A stretch of DNA of 63,883 nt, filler included, from Lenisia limosa (GCA_001655205.1; 12 parts of 12 records of this genome joined end to end with filler, not necessarily neighbours in it); one strand, 5' to 3'; shown: positions 23,736 to 36,285, counted from the whole stretch's first letter. The notes: generated by a model from the sequence alone, not told the origin. Numbers and translations are program-made.

Positions 23736-24946
23736 CTATCTTTAAGTCGTTAAAACTTCGATTGAGTCGTAATAATCAAGCTAATTGTATATAATACTAA
23801 GAAACAACTCAGAGAACAAGAAACAAAAATAATCCGAGAAATCACATTTATATACGCTGTTCTGGGGTATATCACATTTCTATCATTGTTTTATACACTT
23901 CAGGGTCAATGAATAGAAGACTCCGTAGAAGAGAATCAAAAGTACAACACTGAAACGTAATTAGAGCGGGATAAATGGTTGAGAAAAGTAAAATGCAAAA
24001 CTGTGTTTTTGATCTCTAACCAGATTTTATGGTGGCCTTCTTGTCGACCTTTGTCGCTTAAATAAAACAACACTTAATATTAAATTCAATTTTCAAAAGA
24101 GAACGCAATCTGTATTCTACATTACCTCGCCAAAAATCCATCAACCGACCACCTTAGTGGATAAGAATCTCATTGGGAGCTACAGTTTATCAGAGTGGGT
24201 ATTACAGGGATGCTGGGGAAATGAGAGTTTTACGTCTCCCGGCAAATTGGTAAAATTCAGAGCCAAACTCTTGACCAAACAATTTGGACTAACCAAAGGA
24301 AGTTTGAAACTCCCTTGCCTCACACTAATTCACCAATCCACTCTCAGAATAACCCCATCTATACCGAGGCAAGCCTACTCATTTTGGGCTGGCCCTTTAA
24401 GTGGATCCTAATACTATGAGACTATCTTCCATCACCTTGGAAACATATTACTACTATTGCTTTCTTCCCTTCCCTGAAATCACACAGAGGTGTGACAGAC
24501 TGAACCTGGTTCGCCAGTACTCACCCAGCTGCGGCTGGGGTCTCCGAGCACCTAGTGTGTTTTGGGGCGAAGGGCGTCAAGGAGCGTGGGCGTGGAAGTA
24601 TGGTAATTTGTTTAGGATATCCCAAATGGAGGTAAAAGGTCAAATTTGCCTCAAAATCCAAGACAACTATCGAAGCCAAAATGAAAGCATCTATNNNNNN
24701 NNNNNNNNNNNNNNNNNNNNNNNNNNNNNNNNNNNNNNTTAATTAATTAANNNNNNNNNNNNNNNNNNNNNNNNNNNNNNNNNNNNNNNNNNNNTTGATA
24801 ATATACAGTAATATATCATACCATATACTACTAGTATAATATATGATATATTACATATTATAATATAACTACTACATAACATACTAGTATGATATTGTAT
24901 TATCACTTGATGTCAATTGTATATTATGGGTTAAGTAATGGTACAG

Positions 24947-27404
24947 GTTGCAACGACGCTTTTCCCTCGAGGGCAGAGTTCTGACGTGAAGGGTAGGGTG
25001 ATAATTGGATGTTTCTGGCTTGTGAACAGTGTAAATGGGTATTTGGAGTAACCTCACAGTTCCCTCAATGTTCTTCCGAGTTGTTTCGGACGCACGACCT
25101 GAAGTTGGTGATATATTGAGGGATGCAATGGAGCAGGTCAACCAGGATGCCAACGCTGGTAAGGCCAGAATGATTCCGCTTACGATTCAGTGTGGATGGA
25201 GGTGGGACGAGATCTCACGGATCCGCTGAAAACGGACCAAGTCGGTCTTGCGGGCGGCGCTCTAGGGATCACGGCTGGACCTTCGATACCGAACCTGTGG
25301 AATCTGCTGTGGACCTGGAAAAGGACTAATGTATGGTTTCTGACTTCGCCACTATCACTTGATACTTAATCTCGTAGGTTGATCCGACTCGACTCTTGAT
25401 TTGGCAGAGAGTCAACCACTTCCCTCGAAGCTGTGAGCCGACGTTGTTTTCTTTACTTGTGACGAGCTTTTACTCATTGATTGCAGCCGAACTGACACAA
25501 AAGGACCGATTGGCTCGACATCTCCTCCGATGCACAAGTTGGCTGAATTCCAAAAGAGGACTATTTTTATCATTACAGACTAGTATTCAGTAAAATGGTC
25601 CAGTGAGATTTATTATTATTACGGCCACCTCTATGATATAAAGAAACACTAAAAATGATACCGACTTTGGTTTTATTTTTGTCACCCTTCAGCCGCCAAC
25701 TCCTACGCGGGCGCCGCGTTTGACATCATGCCACACTCGTTCCTGCTCCCCACCGACTATAAGGCCTTTGTCAAGGAGTTCGCGAGATACGATAACTCCC
25801 TGGGTAGGCTCTGAGGGGTTTATTTTGTCAGAGTGGGCTTTCCTTAAACCCTTCAGATCCCTCCCGTGACCGCAACTCCAACTGGTGGATGGTCAAAGTA
25901 GGCTGGATCTGCAACACTTTTGTTGACTGGAACCCTCCCACCACCAAGCAATTGGATATCATTTCTTTTTTTTTATTATTATTATTGCCATATAATTACC
26001 TTTATGCCACTATGGAGGGCATTTACCCCCCACCCCAGCCTGTTGGTTTGAGTAGAGGTAGAGGACTGACGCTCATTAATGACATTTCGCAGCTCGCCTA
26101 TACAAATAAGGTGTGTCTCCTGAATGGATCGATCAAGTCTTTCTGAAAGCCAGCCCTTGACAGACCTTGTCATTCTTCATAGTTCTAGGTGGTCGTTCAG
26201 AAGTACATCACCAACCCCCTGCTTTACAAGGGCTTCAAGGTCGACCTTCGTCTCTACGTCGTAGTCACCTCCTTTCAACCCCTAGAAGTAGGACGCTGAT
26301 GGTCTCACCTGTATTGCCCAGTTGCTGATTTAGGTTCCTTTCTTACTTATAGGCGTTCCTATACCATGAAGGATTTGGTCGCACTGCTCCTAAGGTAGGC
26401 TGGGTTTCTTTGTTATGATATGGGCTACTACAAAAAGAATGAAAAATGATAAATGTTCAATCTACCTCAGAATGGGATAGTTCTAACAGTAGGCCTACGA
26501 ATTGAGTGAAAAAACCCGCACCGATACTTCTGTCCACTTCACCAACGCGTCCCTCCATGAAACCGAAAACTTCCAGTAAGCCTGCTCTCTGGATATTCGT
26601 GCTCACAATTCTAGAACCAAAATTGCTCTATCGGATCTCTACATGGAGTGGGAATCCCAGGGTGTTCCTATTTCGGCTCTCAAAATAAACATCTCAAAAG
26701 TTGGTTGGGGTGTGGAGGGGATAGTAATTATTATTATTGTTCAATGAATTTCATGCTTTAGACGATAGTGCGCTCTTTAGTAGCAGTCGAGCCTTCCATC
26801 CCCAATAACTTGTCGTGTTTTGAGCTCTTCGGTTTTGACATAATTGTGGATGCTGACATGAAACCTTGGGTGCTGGAGGTCAACGCGTCACCGTCTTTGG
26901 CCGTTGTCACCCAGCTGGATAAGACAATCAAAACGGTATACTTTACCATGGTGGTTGCCAAGACTAGCCGAATATTTATCCTTTTAGAGCATGTTGGCTG
27001 ATACGATTCGCCTTGTCAACCCCCCACCGTTCAGTCGCCCGGCTGTGAACAGCTTCGTTTCAATGTGAGCATATATCATACTGCATGAGTCTTTAGTTCT
27101 TTTCATCTACTCTGATATGATGGTGGTGCCGCCTTCACGTTGCAGATGGCCTCAGACAGAAAGACGGGCCGGCAGCGCCGCCTCAGTACCGAAGCTGGAG
27201 CACATCGAGGCTATTTCTGACATGTCTTTCGCCAAGCCTTGGACAAGGTAGGCTGTCATTTCTGGCCTTGTTTTAGAGTGACTTTTCAGGTATGGAGATC
27301 GTAAATGCGGTCCGCATTGGCAGCAACTTGCCCCCTCACACGCTCTCAAGGAAGCCGTCCACTATGCTCGAGGAGGATCGAAGCTCCCCACTGACCCCCT
27401 CTAA
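24947..27404 (+). CDS. Tubulin polyglutamylase (TTL-like family); N-terminus probably before linker 24695
   Basis: Exons: [107 protein letters not shown]; last exon [15 protein letters not shown]...DPL*. Confidence 0.92.
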
Positions 27405-27720
27405 CTCAATGGTCCTGATTTTATGTTTCGCTATTTATTGTGTGATAACACACTGTTTCCCTCTTGACAAAAGTGAATTAAATACAACCGTGGGGGTGAA
27501 AATTAGATAGGTGTGGCATCGTACTCAGCGCCGCCCTAGAATGTGACATATTTCGGGGAGCGGCGGAAATCTTCAACCCCAACATACGTCAGAATCATAG
27601 CTTGCCATGGAGTTTAACGACTCCCTTCTGTCTTCCACTTCAAGTGCGCGGACTGCGAGAGTTTAGATCATACGTTTCCCATTTTTCTACAGAAAGGCCG
27701 CGTCGATACGGAAACCCAAT

Positions 27721-30700
27721 TTAATGATTTGTAAGAGTTTGCATAGAGCGTTGAGGAAGAGGCCCTGACCAACCGAAAGTGGCACTGTCCATTGATGACG
27801 TGTCCGGGTTGGGGTACCCTTCAGCTGTCACTGCAGAGTAAGTGAGTGGAAACTGATCAAGTGAAAGAACCAAGCACAGAAAAGGAGTCCAGGCAGCACA
27901 ACGACAGAGTCCCACATCTATCAACGACAGATCTTGAAGGCCCTTCATGGCGCATGCGAGCCTCCTCCGCAGTCGCCTCCAGTCCTGCCGGCATACATGC
28001 TTTAAAGGGGGTCGACACTGACCTACTATGTGAGAACGTCGATAATAGTGGCAATATCTATTGGCAGATGACATACTTAGTGGGGTTGTGGACGGGGGGT
28101 GGAGAGTCGACCTTGACAGGCGAATCCATAGGAGACATTGGGGCGGGGGCAGGGACGNNNNNNNNNNNNNNNNNNNNNNNNNNNNNNNNNNNNNNNNNNN
28201 NNNNNNNNNNNNNNNNNNNNNNNNNNNNNNNNNNNNNNNNNNNNNNCTTTGGGATTAGTGCAGTTTTGGCTTGAGGTGCCCTCGGTTTTGGTGAAGAGAC
28301 TGCTGGGGGTCGGCTGGGACTGTAGAGTAAGAAACACTAACGAATGGAGCCTCTTTAGTATCATAAAATATATTATCAGTTATCAAAAAGAATTGCTTGC
28401 ACTTAGTTTCATGTACCCCCACATTGTTTTTACTGGAAGCGTCTTAGCAGCCGGGGTGCGGCCAACCGGTCCCGGGCTGGGACTTGTTCGATCCTTACCT
28501 GGGGGGTAAACTGTAAAGTCCAATTATAAACTCAATTTTCATTGTGCATGAAAAGTCGGCAGAGTATTACAAAAAGTCTTGGACACTTTCAGAATGTTGT
28601 CCTAAACATGACAATTCCTTCGTTGCCAACCTTTGAATGTTGGTCGCGGCATACGGGTGCTCGGCCCCTTTGGCCTGACTGATGCCGGCATGGGGGGCTT
28701 ACTAGGAGTGGCGGCCGCGCGGACTGCCGGTGTGCGTGGTGGCAGAACGGCTGAACTGTCAATACCAAGGTTGTGTCATATCAAAAAGCAAAACTCCGAG
28801 AAGAATAAGCTCAATATTTGACTCAACTCCAGCCTACACCTTCCTTTCTTGGGGGCTGGGGTAGCGTCGATGTCTCGTGGCCTTTTCTCGGCCTATATTG
28901 TCAAGCCAAAACGCAGTGGTAAAAAGACTCGCAGTGATGTCGCTTATTGTATATCTGGTAGCATATGACAGGTTTCATGAGTTTAAGTAACCCTTCAAAA
29001 GCAAAGGATTGCAGATACAAACTTTGGGAGGCTTGGCTGAAGGTTTAGCGGATTTCGAGGGCTTCTCAGGCGGTGCGAGGGCTAACAGTGCGTCTTGTCC
29101 GTTGATAGTTAAGGGGTCGTTGTGCGTCTTGTTGTAGTCCTTCGGGGTCAGATGTGACGGAATTGCCATCGGGTGGCGCGTCAACCAGCCAGTGTAGGCC
29201 ACAAACCCCTCACATTGATTAGCCCCATCAAGTTTGATATCACAGTTGGAAGAGTCTTCTTCATTCGGTTTTCGGCCTTGATCTTGGCCTGTAGATCTTT
29301 GTGTTGTTGTGAGGAACGCTGGGAGGTCAGTTTCCGCGTGTACAAGGACAGACGTTCACTCCACCAAGTTTGAAAAGGATATATGAGAATAGACACACCC
29401 CTCTCCCTCACCCCGCCAAGAGAAGCAGTTTGGTTCTCACACGCAACTTCGAACTAAATTGTAAGTAAGTCAAATCCAATGCCAACACCATGACAAGACC
29501 CCCCCACTTCTTTGAGAATAGCCATTCGTTTGCCAAGGAGGTCATACAACTTCTTATTCTCAGTAAACTAGATTTGTTAGTCAACTGTCACTATTTCAAG
29601 AAGCCTACAGTGTTTTGCAGGTTGTCAACAACGTTTTGAAGATTTTCCAGTGACTCCTCAGAAACTTCCACTAAAACGCATGAGGCAATGTTGGCCACAT
29701 GAAAACAGGAACAACTATCAGTCAGAACACTTCACGATAACACGCATCTTACCTTGGGCAACACTGAGACACTTTTCCGTCTGCATGACTTTGGAATACA
29801 TATCATTGATTTGGTTGACGACCTTCTCAATGATAGACCCAAGTTTCGCACTTCTTTCTTCCTCACACCGAGAGAGCTCTGCAACCAACTACTTGAGTAA
29901 GCACTGGAATTATAGCCGAAATAGAGAATGAGAAAAGTGATATGTCCGTTTTAGCTGGTTAAAGCAAGATATATGTATATTATTGTTGAAACCTTTGAAA
30001 ACTTTCTAAATATAATACTATTAAAAGCCTCGCCCTCAAAAGAAGTTGACCCACCATATTGAAGACCTCCTCTGAGTAAAGCGGCTGGAACTGTTCTGTT
30101 TTCTGGGCAACTGTTTCTTCGGACTCCTCAAGCATTTCCCAAAGACTCTTGATCTTGTACAACAGCTCCTAGAAGATGAAATCCAAGGATATTCAACGGT
30201 CTAAAAATGATGAACTCACCGAAGCTTGGTCGATCTTTTCGTCCTTGACTGCCCTCAGTTGGATGTTGACTCGATCAAGCTGACATTTGTTATTGGGTTT
30301 ATATACATGTAATATGTATGCCTTGCTATGCATAGTTGTCAAGAAAGAATGATATTGAAATAAATAGTAGAAGACGCTTCTACTTGCAATGTCAGTGAAG
30401 TAAAACGCCATTTTAGTGCAGACCTTGTCCAATGCTCTGGTGCTGATGTCCATCTCGGAAGGGCAGGAGAAGTCATCCAGGGACCCAGACTACATCAAAA
30501 ATGAATAATTGTCCAGCAAACACTGCTCGACTCCACAGGGCATTCGCTACTTATTTACCCCCCCCCCCCCCCCCNNNNNNNNNNNNNNNNNNNNNNNNNN
30601 NNNNNNNNNNNNNNNNNNNNNNNNNNNNNNNNNNNNNNNNNNNNNNNNNNACGGCTTCGGCCGCGACACATTGCTTGCCTAAGCCTTCTATATCCACGTC

Positions 30701-31701
30701 TCCCGAGCCACCGAGGTCAGAGATCAGACCCTTGTATGTTTCAATGGACTCGCAGACATGGCGCACTCGTCGACGCTAAACATGTCACAATATTGGCATC
30801 GGCTAAATAACGGATTCATCTTGATCTCTTTTTGTTGTTGTATTTCGAGTCCCATCATAATTGTACACCTCTCAGCCGCCTACAGCATCCTGAATGCTGG
30901 AGTTGAGGATTTGGAGGGTGCGGCCTCTTCGCGTCAGGCTCCGGGCCGACATTCCTTCAAGCTCTTTCCTGGGGGAGGAACGACATCAACAGATGTTAAG
31001 ATAAAGATTTTCCCTCTCTTTGCTTTCGGCAACTTTTTTCTTTGCCATGAAAAATAGACAATGCATGGACCAACATGGACTGAGAGTGGGCGTCGTCATC
31101 ACTGCCGAACAGAGAAAGGACCTGCTGTAACCGTCCCGCGTACACAGCAGTCTCTGACTCAACATGCAGCGCCATCTGGAGGTCACTTCAATGCCTCTTC
31201 ACAAACCTCCATCAGTCGGGCATTTTCAACTTCACAAAGAGAAATGGCAGAAAGGAGAGTCTCTCCAGCAACAGACAATTCCCCACTCTCTTCAAGGTCT
31301 GCACGTAACTCATCAACCTGCGGTGTCAGGTCTGCGGATCCAAAAGTACCCTTCATAACACGCTTACTTCAAAAAGAATATTAGAGAGTTTGTCAGAGAG
31401 CTTTTGGTGGTCTTCCATTTGCTTGGCAACGAAGATTGTGCAGGTATCAGCCAGTTGTTGTCTCTGGAGAAAACAGTAAGATGATGGCATTTAAGCCGTT
31501 AAAGCCATCATTAATTAAATAAAATGGATATAATAGTGAAGGAAGCTCTGAGAAGACAGCATAGCAAACCAATTGGAGGGTAAATTCATTCTGTTCTTCA
31601 TTTGAGAAACCACACTCTGTCCATAGCGCAAGAAGTCCTTCTTGAAGTCCGTGGGGAGGGACTACCACCCACTTTCGGCCCTCAAGCCTTCCTAACGACA
31701 T
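27721..31701 (-). CDS. MAP65/ASE1/PRC1-family microtubule bundler
   Basis: N-terminal LLALWTECGFSNEEQNEF (PRC1-like LW.E.G...ER), IKSLWEMLEE, SEESLENLQ..LVAELSRCEEERSAKL, KIKAENRMKKTLP, then a long Pro/Ser/Lys-rich tail ending QTLTNH*. Confidence 0.72.
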
Positions 31702-32099
31702 TCTTTTTTCAAAACATAAACTCTTCAAATCTATGCTCTATGCTATATAACTACAATACACAGGTGTGTTCTTTGTCTTTCTTTTCTTCTTCTTTCTCTT
31801 TTCAAACCTAGGTTTTATTCAAAAGTAGATGGGGTAACGTCAAGTCCAGTTGGGGCGTTTGTGCGCGTGAGTGGCGTGAGTTGAGGGCAGGCTGCACTGC
31901 AACTGTAGCATCCCAGGCATACCCATTTCCCCATTTCTCAATACTCTTATAAAACTACGGCGCTGTCAACTGGCTATGCTTATATTAGTGGGATCCCTGG
32001 CGATCCTTAACTCGTAAAAAAAAGCACCAAAGCAACAAATAAGAAGAAGAGAGTAGTAATAAATTTCAACTGAGAAGAGGAAATCACGTCAAAATTAGG

Positions 32100-32528
32100 A
32101 TGGACTATTTGAAGAATGGTAAAGGTATTCAGAGACTTCTCCCCCTGCATTAATCATGTTTTTAGTAAAAATTCGCTTATCAGCAGCAGGAGGGGCTCCT
32201 GCTCTGGCCCAAAACGTTTTCAAGGTTGATCATTTATCAATGTTCTCATTTGTTTAGCTTCAAGCTGATGACGAACCCATTGCCATAAAACGCTTTATCA
32301 TGAAAAATCTCAACTTATCAGAATCGGACAGCCTAGTATGAGTTTTCCATTGTGATTATCTAGTTCCTCTTTCTTCAAGACTGTTTCATGATGCCAATGG
32401 ACAGAACACTCCTGTCTCTTGTGGAGGTAAAGAAACCTGATCCATTGAACAACCTAACAGTTTAGCGATACCATGCAAAAGATGGCTGTCTTCACATTAA
32501 ATATTGCCTAACACCAGCTTGGGGGTAG
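32100..32528 (+). CDS. ATG12: Ubiquitin-like autophagy protein ATG12, 5 exons
   Basis: Exons 32100-32118, 32166-32224, 32258-32335, 32364-32426 and 32466-32528 give MDYLKNVKIRLSAAGGAPALAQNVFKLQADDEPIAIKRFIMKNLNLSESDSLFLFLQDCFMMPMDRTLLSLVERYHAKDGCLHIKYCLTPAWG*, with the C-terminal AWG glycine. Confidence 0.9.
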
Positions 32529-32529
32529 T

Positions 32530-34648
32530 TTACAGGAGTTCATGTGTGGTGACCTTGATGAGGTCCTTCATGTGGTCATTCTTCTCGATCACAGCATCAA
32601 CCTAAACTGTCAAGCCACTGTGTTGTCTCTTTTCTTGAGTATTTATTGTCCATACCTCCTTATTGTTTTTCAAGTTCATGATGGTTCTAAGGCAGGTGCT
32701 AAAAAGGTTAACCATAATAATCATCCGGAAGGGAGTGGGGTACTACGATTTTGAAGGTATGCTGGGGAGGCACGCAGAAAGCTGTGTGCACAAAGTTGTA
32801 AGGCAAATGATTGGNNNNNNNNNNNNNNNNNNNNNNNNNNNNNNNNNNNNNNNNNNNNNNNNNNNNNNNNNNNNNNNNNNNNNNNNNNNNNNNNNNNNNN
32901 NNNAAACCATAACCACAGCTGCTCCAGTCACCAACCGAACAACTTCATCATCGCAGTCCTTTCTGTGATCCAAGAAAGCAAACAAGGTTGAGATGTAGTT
33001 TCCGAAGTTGGGGTGGCCAACAGTGTTGGCCAGGCCTTCTTCGCACTGAAAAAAAATAACAACGGTTTTGTAAGAAAATGTGTGGTCTACCAACTCAAAT
33101 GTCAACCCACCATCCCGAGGATATCGAGTGCGAGAACCATGGCGAGAATAACGGCTACTTCTCCGCGATGGTGAGGGAGAACCTATTGAGTGATTGGAAG
33201 CAAAATTGTCCAACTACGGCATTTCGCTTAAAAAAAAAAAAAAAAGTCATATTATCACGATATTTTTGCCTCACTCTTTTCATGATCAAATCAATAGACC
33301 CCATTTGGACCAGCTCCTTGCGGTTAAGTTTATTACACGCCACTTGGACAAGTTTTCTCAAAGCATTTTGAATCGCTTCACTTTCTTTTCCCTAATTGGA
33401 CGTTATTATCATTTAGAGCAAACAAAGCCAAAAGTAAAGGTAATGTGCATATATTGGAGCTTCACTTTCAGTTCCAAAAGACAAGGAAAATATCGATATT
33501 TATCATGGATTTATCGAAAATTCACTCTTTTTGGAACCGAAAGTGAAATTTTATGCCTGAGGGACAATAGCAACAATCAACCTACCCCTCCTTCTTTTGA
33601 TTCGTAGAAACCAGAGTTCTCTATTCCCTTCAAGACCTCTGGTTGGGTGAGAATGTGAAGAAACACAATTTCATAAAAGTTAACAGTTCTCTCCTCCCCT
33701 CACGGAAAAGAACAGGTTTTTCTTCACGGGGTCCGGAGTCATCATCAACCATGTACATCTGTTTGGGGTCCGGTTCTGATTGTTATTACCAGAAAATTGT
33801 AAATGGCGAACAAGAAGCAAAAAGGTAAATTTCCACATACTCTCAACAACTGGTTCAGGTTTTTTAGGCTCAGGCTTCGGCTCGGGAGGCGCAAGAATTT
33901 TTTCAACGGTCTAAGATGGTAACAGTTTCAAAAATTAAACTTGATATTTAGATATTCCGTGTTTTGTTAAAAACCTCACTTTAAGTTCACCCTCGATAGA
34001 AGCTTTGAGATCTTCGCGCTCTTGCTCAGTACAAAGTTCAAGGGCTTTCTGAAATGTGAATAATTGTCCCAAGAGTTCTTAACAATAATGGGTGCCGCGC
34101 CTTATAGAATACCATCTCTTCCAGGCAAACTATGAGATCATTTTGCGCTTCTGCGTACTTTTTTAAAAGCCTTGAGGCACGGCCACGCCTTGAGGATTAA
34201 GAAAAGCAGAATCATAATAATATTAAAAATAAAATAATATGCGGGAGGGCAAGCAACTTTTAACTGACAAACCTAAAGAAACCCTTGATGTTGGAGGGGT
34301 CAAGCTCAAGAGCTGCATTGGCTGAAGCATGGGCCTTTTGAGCGTTGACAGCTCCTTTTTTAAAGTAGCACTAAAAGTAAACAAAGGTACCGACTGCAAC
34401 AAACCTGAGCCATGTTCAGATGAACAGAGACGTGGAGGTCAACAACACGTTTGTGGTTAGATTTCAAGATATTGATGTGGTCAAGAGATTCTAGCATAGT
34501 TATTATTCAAGATACCCTTATTCAACACACCTTGGTACCTGTCAAGCGCATTGAGGGTGGCACCTTGTTTGAACTGGAGGTTTCCTGCCTCCTTGGCCTT
34601 TTCGGCGGCCCTGAGTTTTTGTCCTTTGGAGAGCCCTGCTGATGACAT
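32530..34648 (-). CDS. N-terminal TPR + C-terminal ARM-like protein (UNC-45/TTC12-like architecture)
   Basis: AEKAKEAGNLQFKQG, HLNMAQCYFK..ALELDPSNIK, RGRASRLLKKYAEAQNDL (three TPRs); Pro-rich linker; ALRKLVQVACNKLNRKELVQMG and EVVRTCLRTIMNL helices; ends VTTHELL*. Confidence 0.75.
32759..32814 (+). repeat. Family B repeat (5' part, rest masked)
   Basis: atgctggggaggcacgcagaaagctgtgtgcacaaagttgtaaggcaaatgattgg. Confidence 0.85.
33455..33553. mobile_element. Family A MITE, degenerate
   Basis: gagcttcactttcagttccaaaag ... ttttggaaccgaaagtgaa. Confidence 0.7.
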
Positions 34649-35311
34649 ATTTAAGTAGAGGAGTCGGAGTAGGCAAGAAGGAGGGGAGTAGGAGACAGGG
34701 AACAGGGAAAAAAGCACTCTGGACCCGCGCGAATGAAAAAGGGCGGCTCGTGGTCGGCTCCGTAGGAGGCTGCTTGCTAATCACTGGGTAATCCCACTTC
34801 ATTTTGGTCTTATTTTGGATTCAACCAGGGGCTGCAGATATGGGAAATATTGAAGATTTTTATTTTTGTGATCTGGCTGTGATCTATATATTCCAGATAG
34901 TGTTGTTTTTAGAGTTATTGATTGTATTGTACTTTGTACTCCAAACTCCTCAAGTGAACAGACTGACTGACACCGACTTCAAGATGAATGGTTGAACTAT
35001 ACACCATCATTGAAAGATTAAGAAGTTTTCAGATATCTGTCAGATATTGACAACAAACTCTTGGGGTCATTTATATCTTGCTTCCTATCATACCTTTGCT
35101 GAGAGGGCTATTTTATAACTGTAAAACAAGAGAACAAGAGAAATAAATTAACAGTGATATCATAATAAACAAGATGGTGGAAGAAATAAGGAAGAGTCGG
35201 GGGGGAAAGAAAAATAAGGCAAAACTCACAAAAAATTTGCTATCAGTGATAAATAAGTAAAAAGAGCTGTAAATGAGACGAAGAGAAATGCGGAAGAAAG
35301 GGGAGAAAATT

Positions 35312-35367
35312 TGTGATCTGGCTGTGATCTGTTGTGATCTGGTTGTGATCTGGCTGTGATCTGTGAT
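35312..35367. repeat. Tandem ~11-bp TGTGATCTGG(C/T) array in divergent intergenic region
   Basis: About five copies ~85 bp upstream of the RpiB ATG; two more units at 34867-34885. Confidence 0.9.
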
Positions 35368-35450
35368 TTTTTGTGTTCCCTTTCCAACACAACACTGATA
35401 ACGCTTCTTTGGCAGTCATCAATCTATAAATCACATATACATAAATAATA

Positions 35451-35909
35451 ATGAAGGTTGTTATTGGGTCAGATCACGGAGCAGTTGAGCTTCGGCAGAC
35501 TCTGATTGCCCATCTTGAGGCAAATGACATCACTGTTCTGGACCAAGGCTGTGCTCCTGGAGAGAGTGTTGGTTGGGGGAGTAAAACAATTTGCTACCCT
35601 AGACTCTTGTGACATATCCAGGTGCATTACCCTGATATGGCTGCGAAAGTGTGCAAGTTGGTTGTGAGCAAAGAGGCTGGTATGATTGAGGGGGTGGGGT
35701 GGACATTCTTTTACCGCCTTTCTCTTTTGATATTCCAGATAAAGGTATTGTTCTCTGTGGAAGCGGAATTGGAATTAGCATTGCATGCAACAAGGTCTGG
35801 TCAGTTTGAGTGTTCGATTTAACAGTTTTTTTGTTCTGACATGATTTAGATCAATGGTATCCGCTGCGCTTTGTGCCATGACCATTACACCGCCAAAATG
35901 TGCCGGAAT
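35451..35909 (+). CDS. rpiB: Ribose-5-phosphate isomerase B (RpiB/LacAB family), 3' end missing
   Basis: Exons: MKVVIGSDHGAVELRQTLIAHLE, VHYPDMAAKVCKLV, KGIVLCGSGIGISIACNK, INGIRCALCHDHYTAKMCRN; GSDH, YPD and CGSGIG motifs present. Confidence 0.92.
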
Positions 35910-35976
35910 GTAGGGGCAAGCTTTTGAAACTGAGTCGTATAAAACTAAGAGATGCCAAATTGTTATTTCCAACCCT

Positions 35977-36050
35977 TCTCCCGGTGATGGGATGCGGTGC
36001 TGCATAAGCGATTGCCCTGGGCTTTGTTTGTTTTGTTGTTTTAAGCCTTT
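35977..36050 (+). repeat. Family C repeat (5' part)
   Basis: gtgatgggatgcggtgctgcataagcgattgccctgggctttgtttgttttgttg. Confidence 0.75.
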
Positions 36051-36285
36051 TATGTTTCTCAAAAACTAGCCAATAGAGTTAATCTGTGATTTTTTTTATC
36101 TTTGTTTTTTTCAAATGCTGGCTCTGGCTTGTTCTTGTTTTTGTGTTTTTGTCATCTGGCTTTTGTCAAGTTTTAGCGTTGGTTGNNNNNNNNNNNNNNN
36201 NNNNNNNNNNNNNNNNNNNNNNNNNNNNNTTAATTAATTAANNNNNNNNNNNNNNNNNNNNNNNNNNNNNNNNNNNNNNNNNNNN

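Noticed and set aside
27721-27724. Apparent overlap of TTLL and MAP65 stop codons in a TTAA
   Set aside because: Tracing exon phases ends the TTLL frame at TAA 27402-27404; no support for a further coding exon to 27724.
32750-32814. Family B seeming to supply an acceptor (cctccccag) to the TPR-ARM gene
   Set aside because: All three frames after that AG hit stops; the upstream phase-2 donor splices cleanly to ttttag|CACC, giving EVVRTCLRTIMNL, so B is simply intronic.
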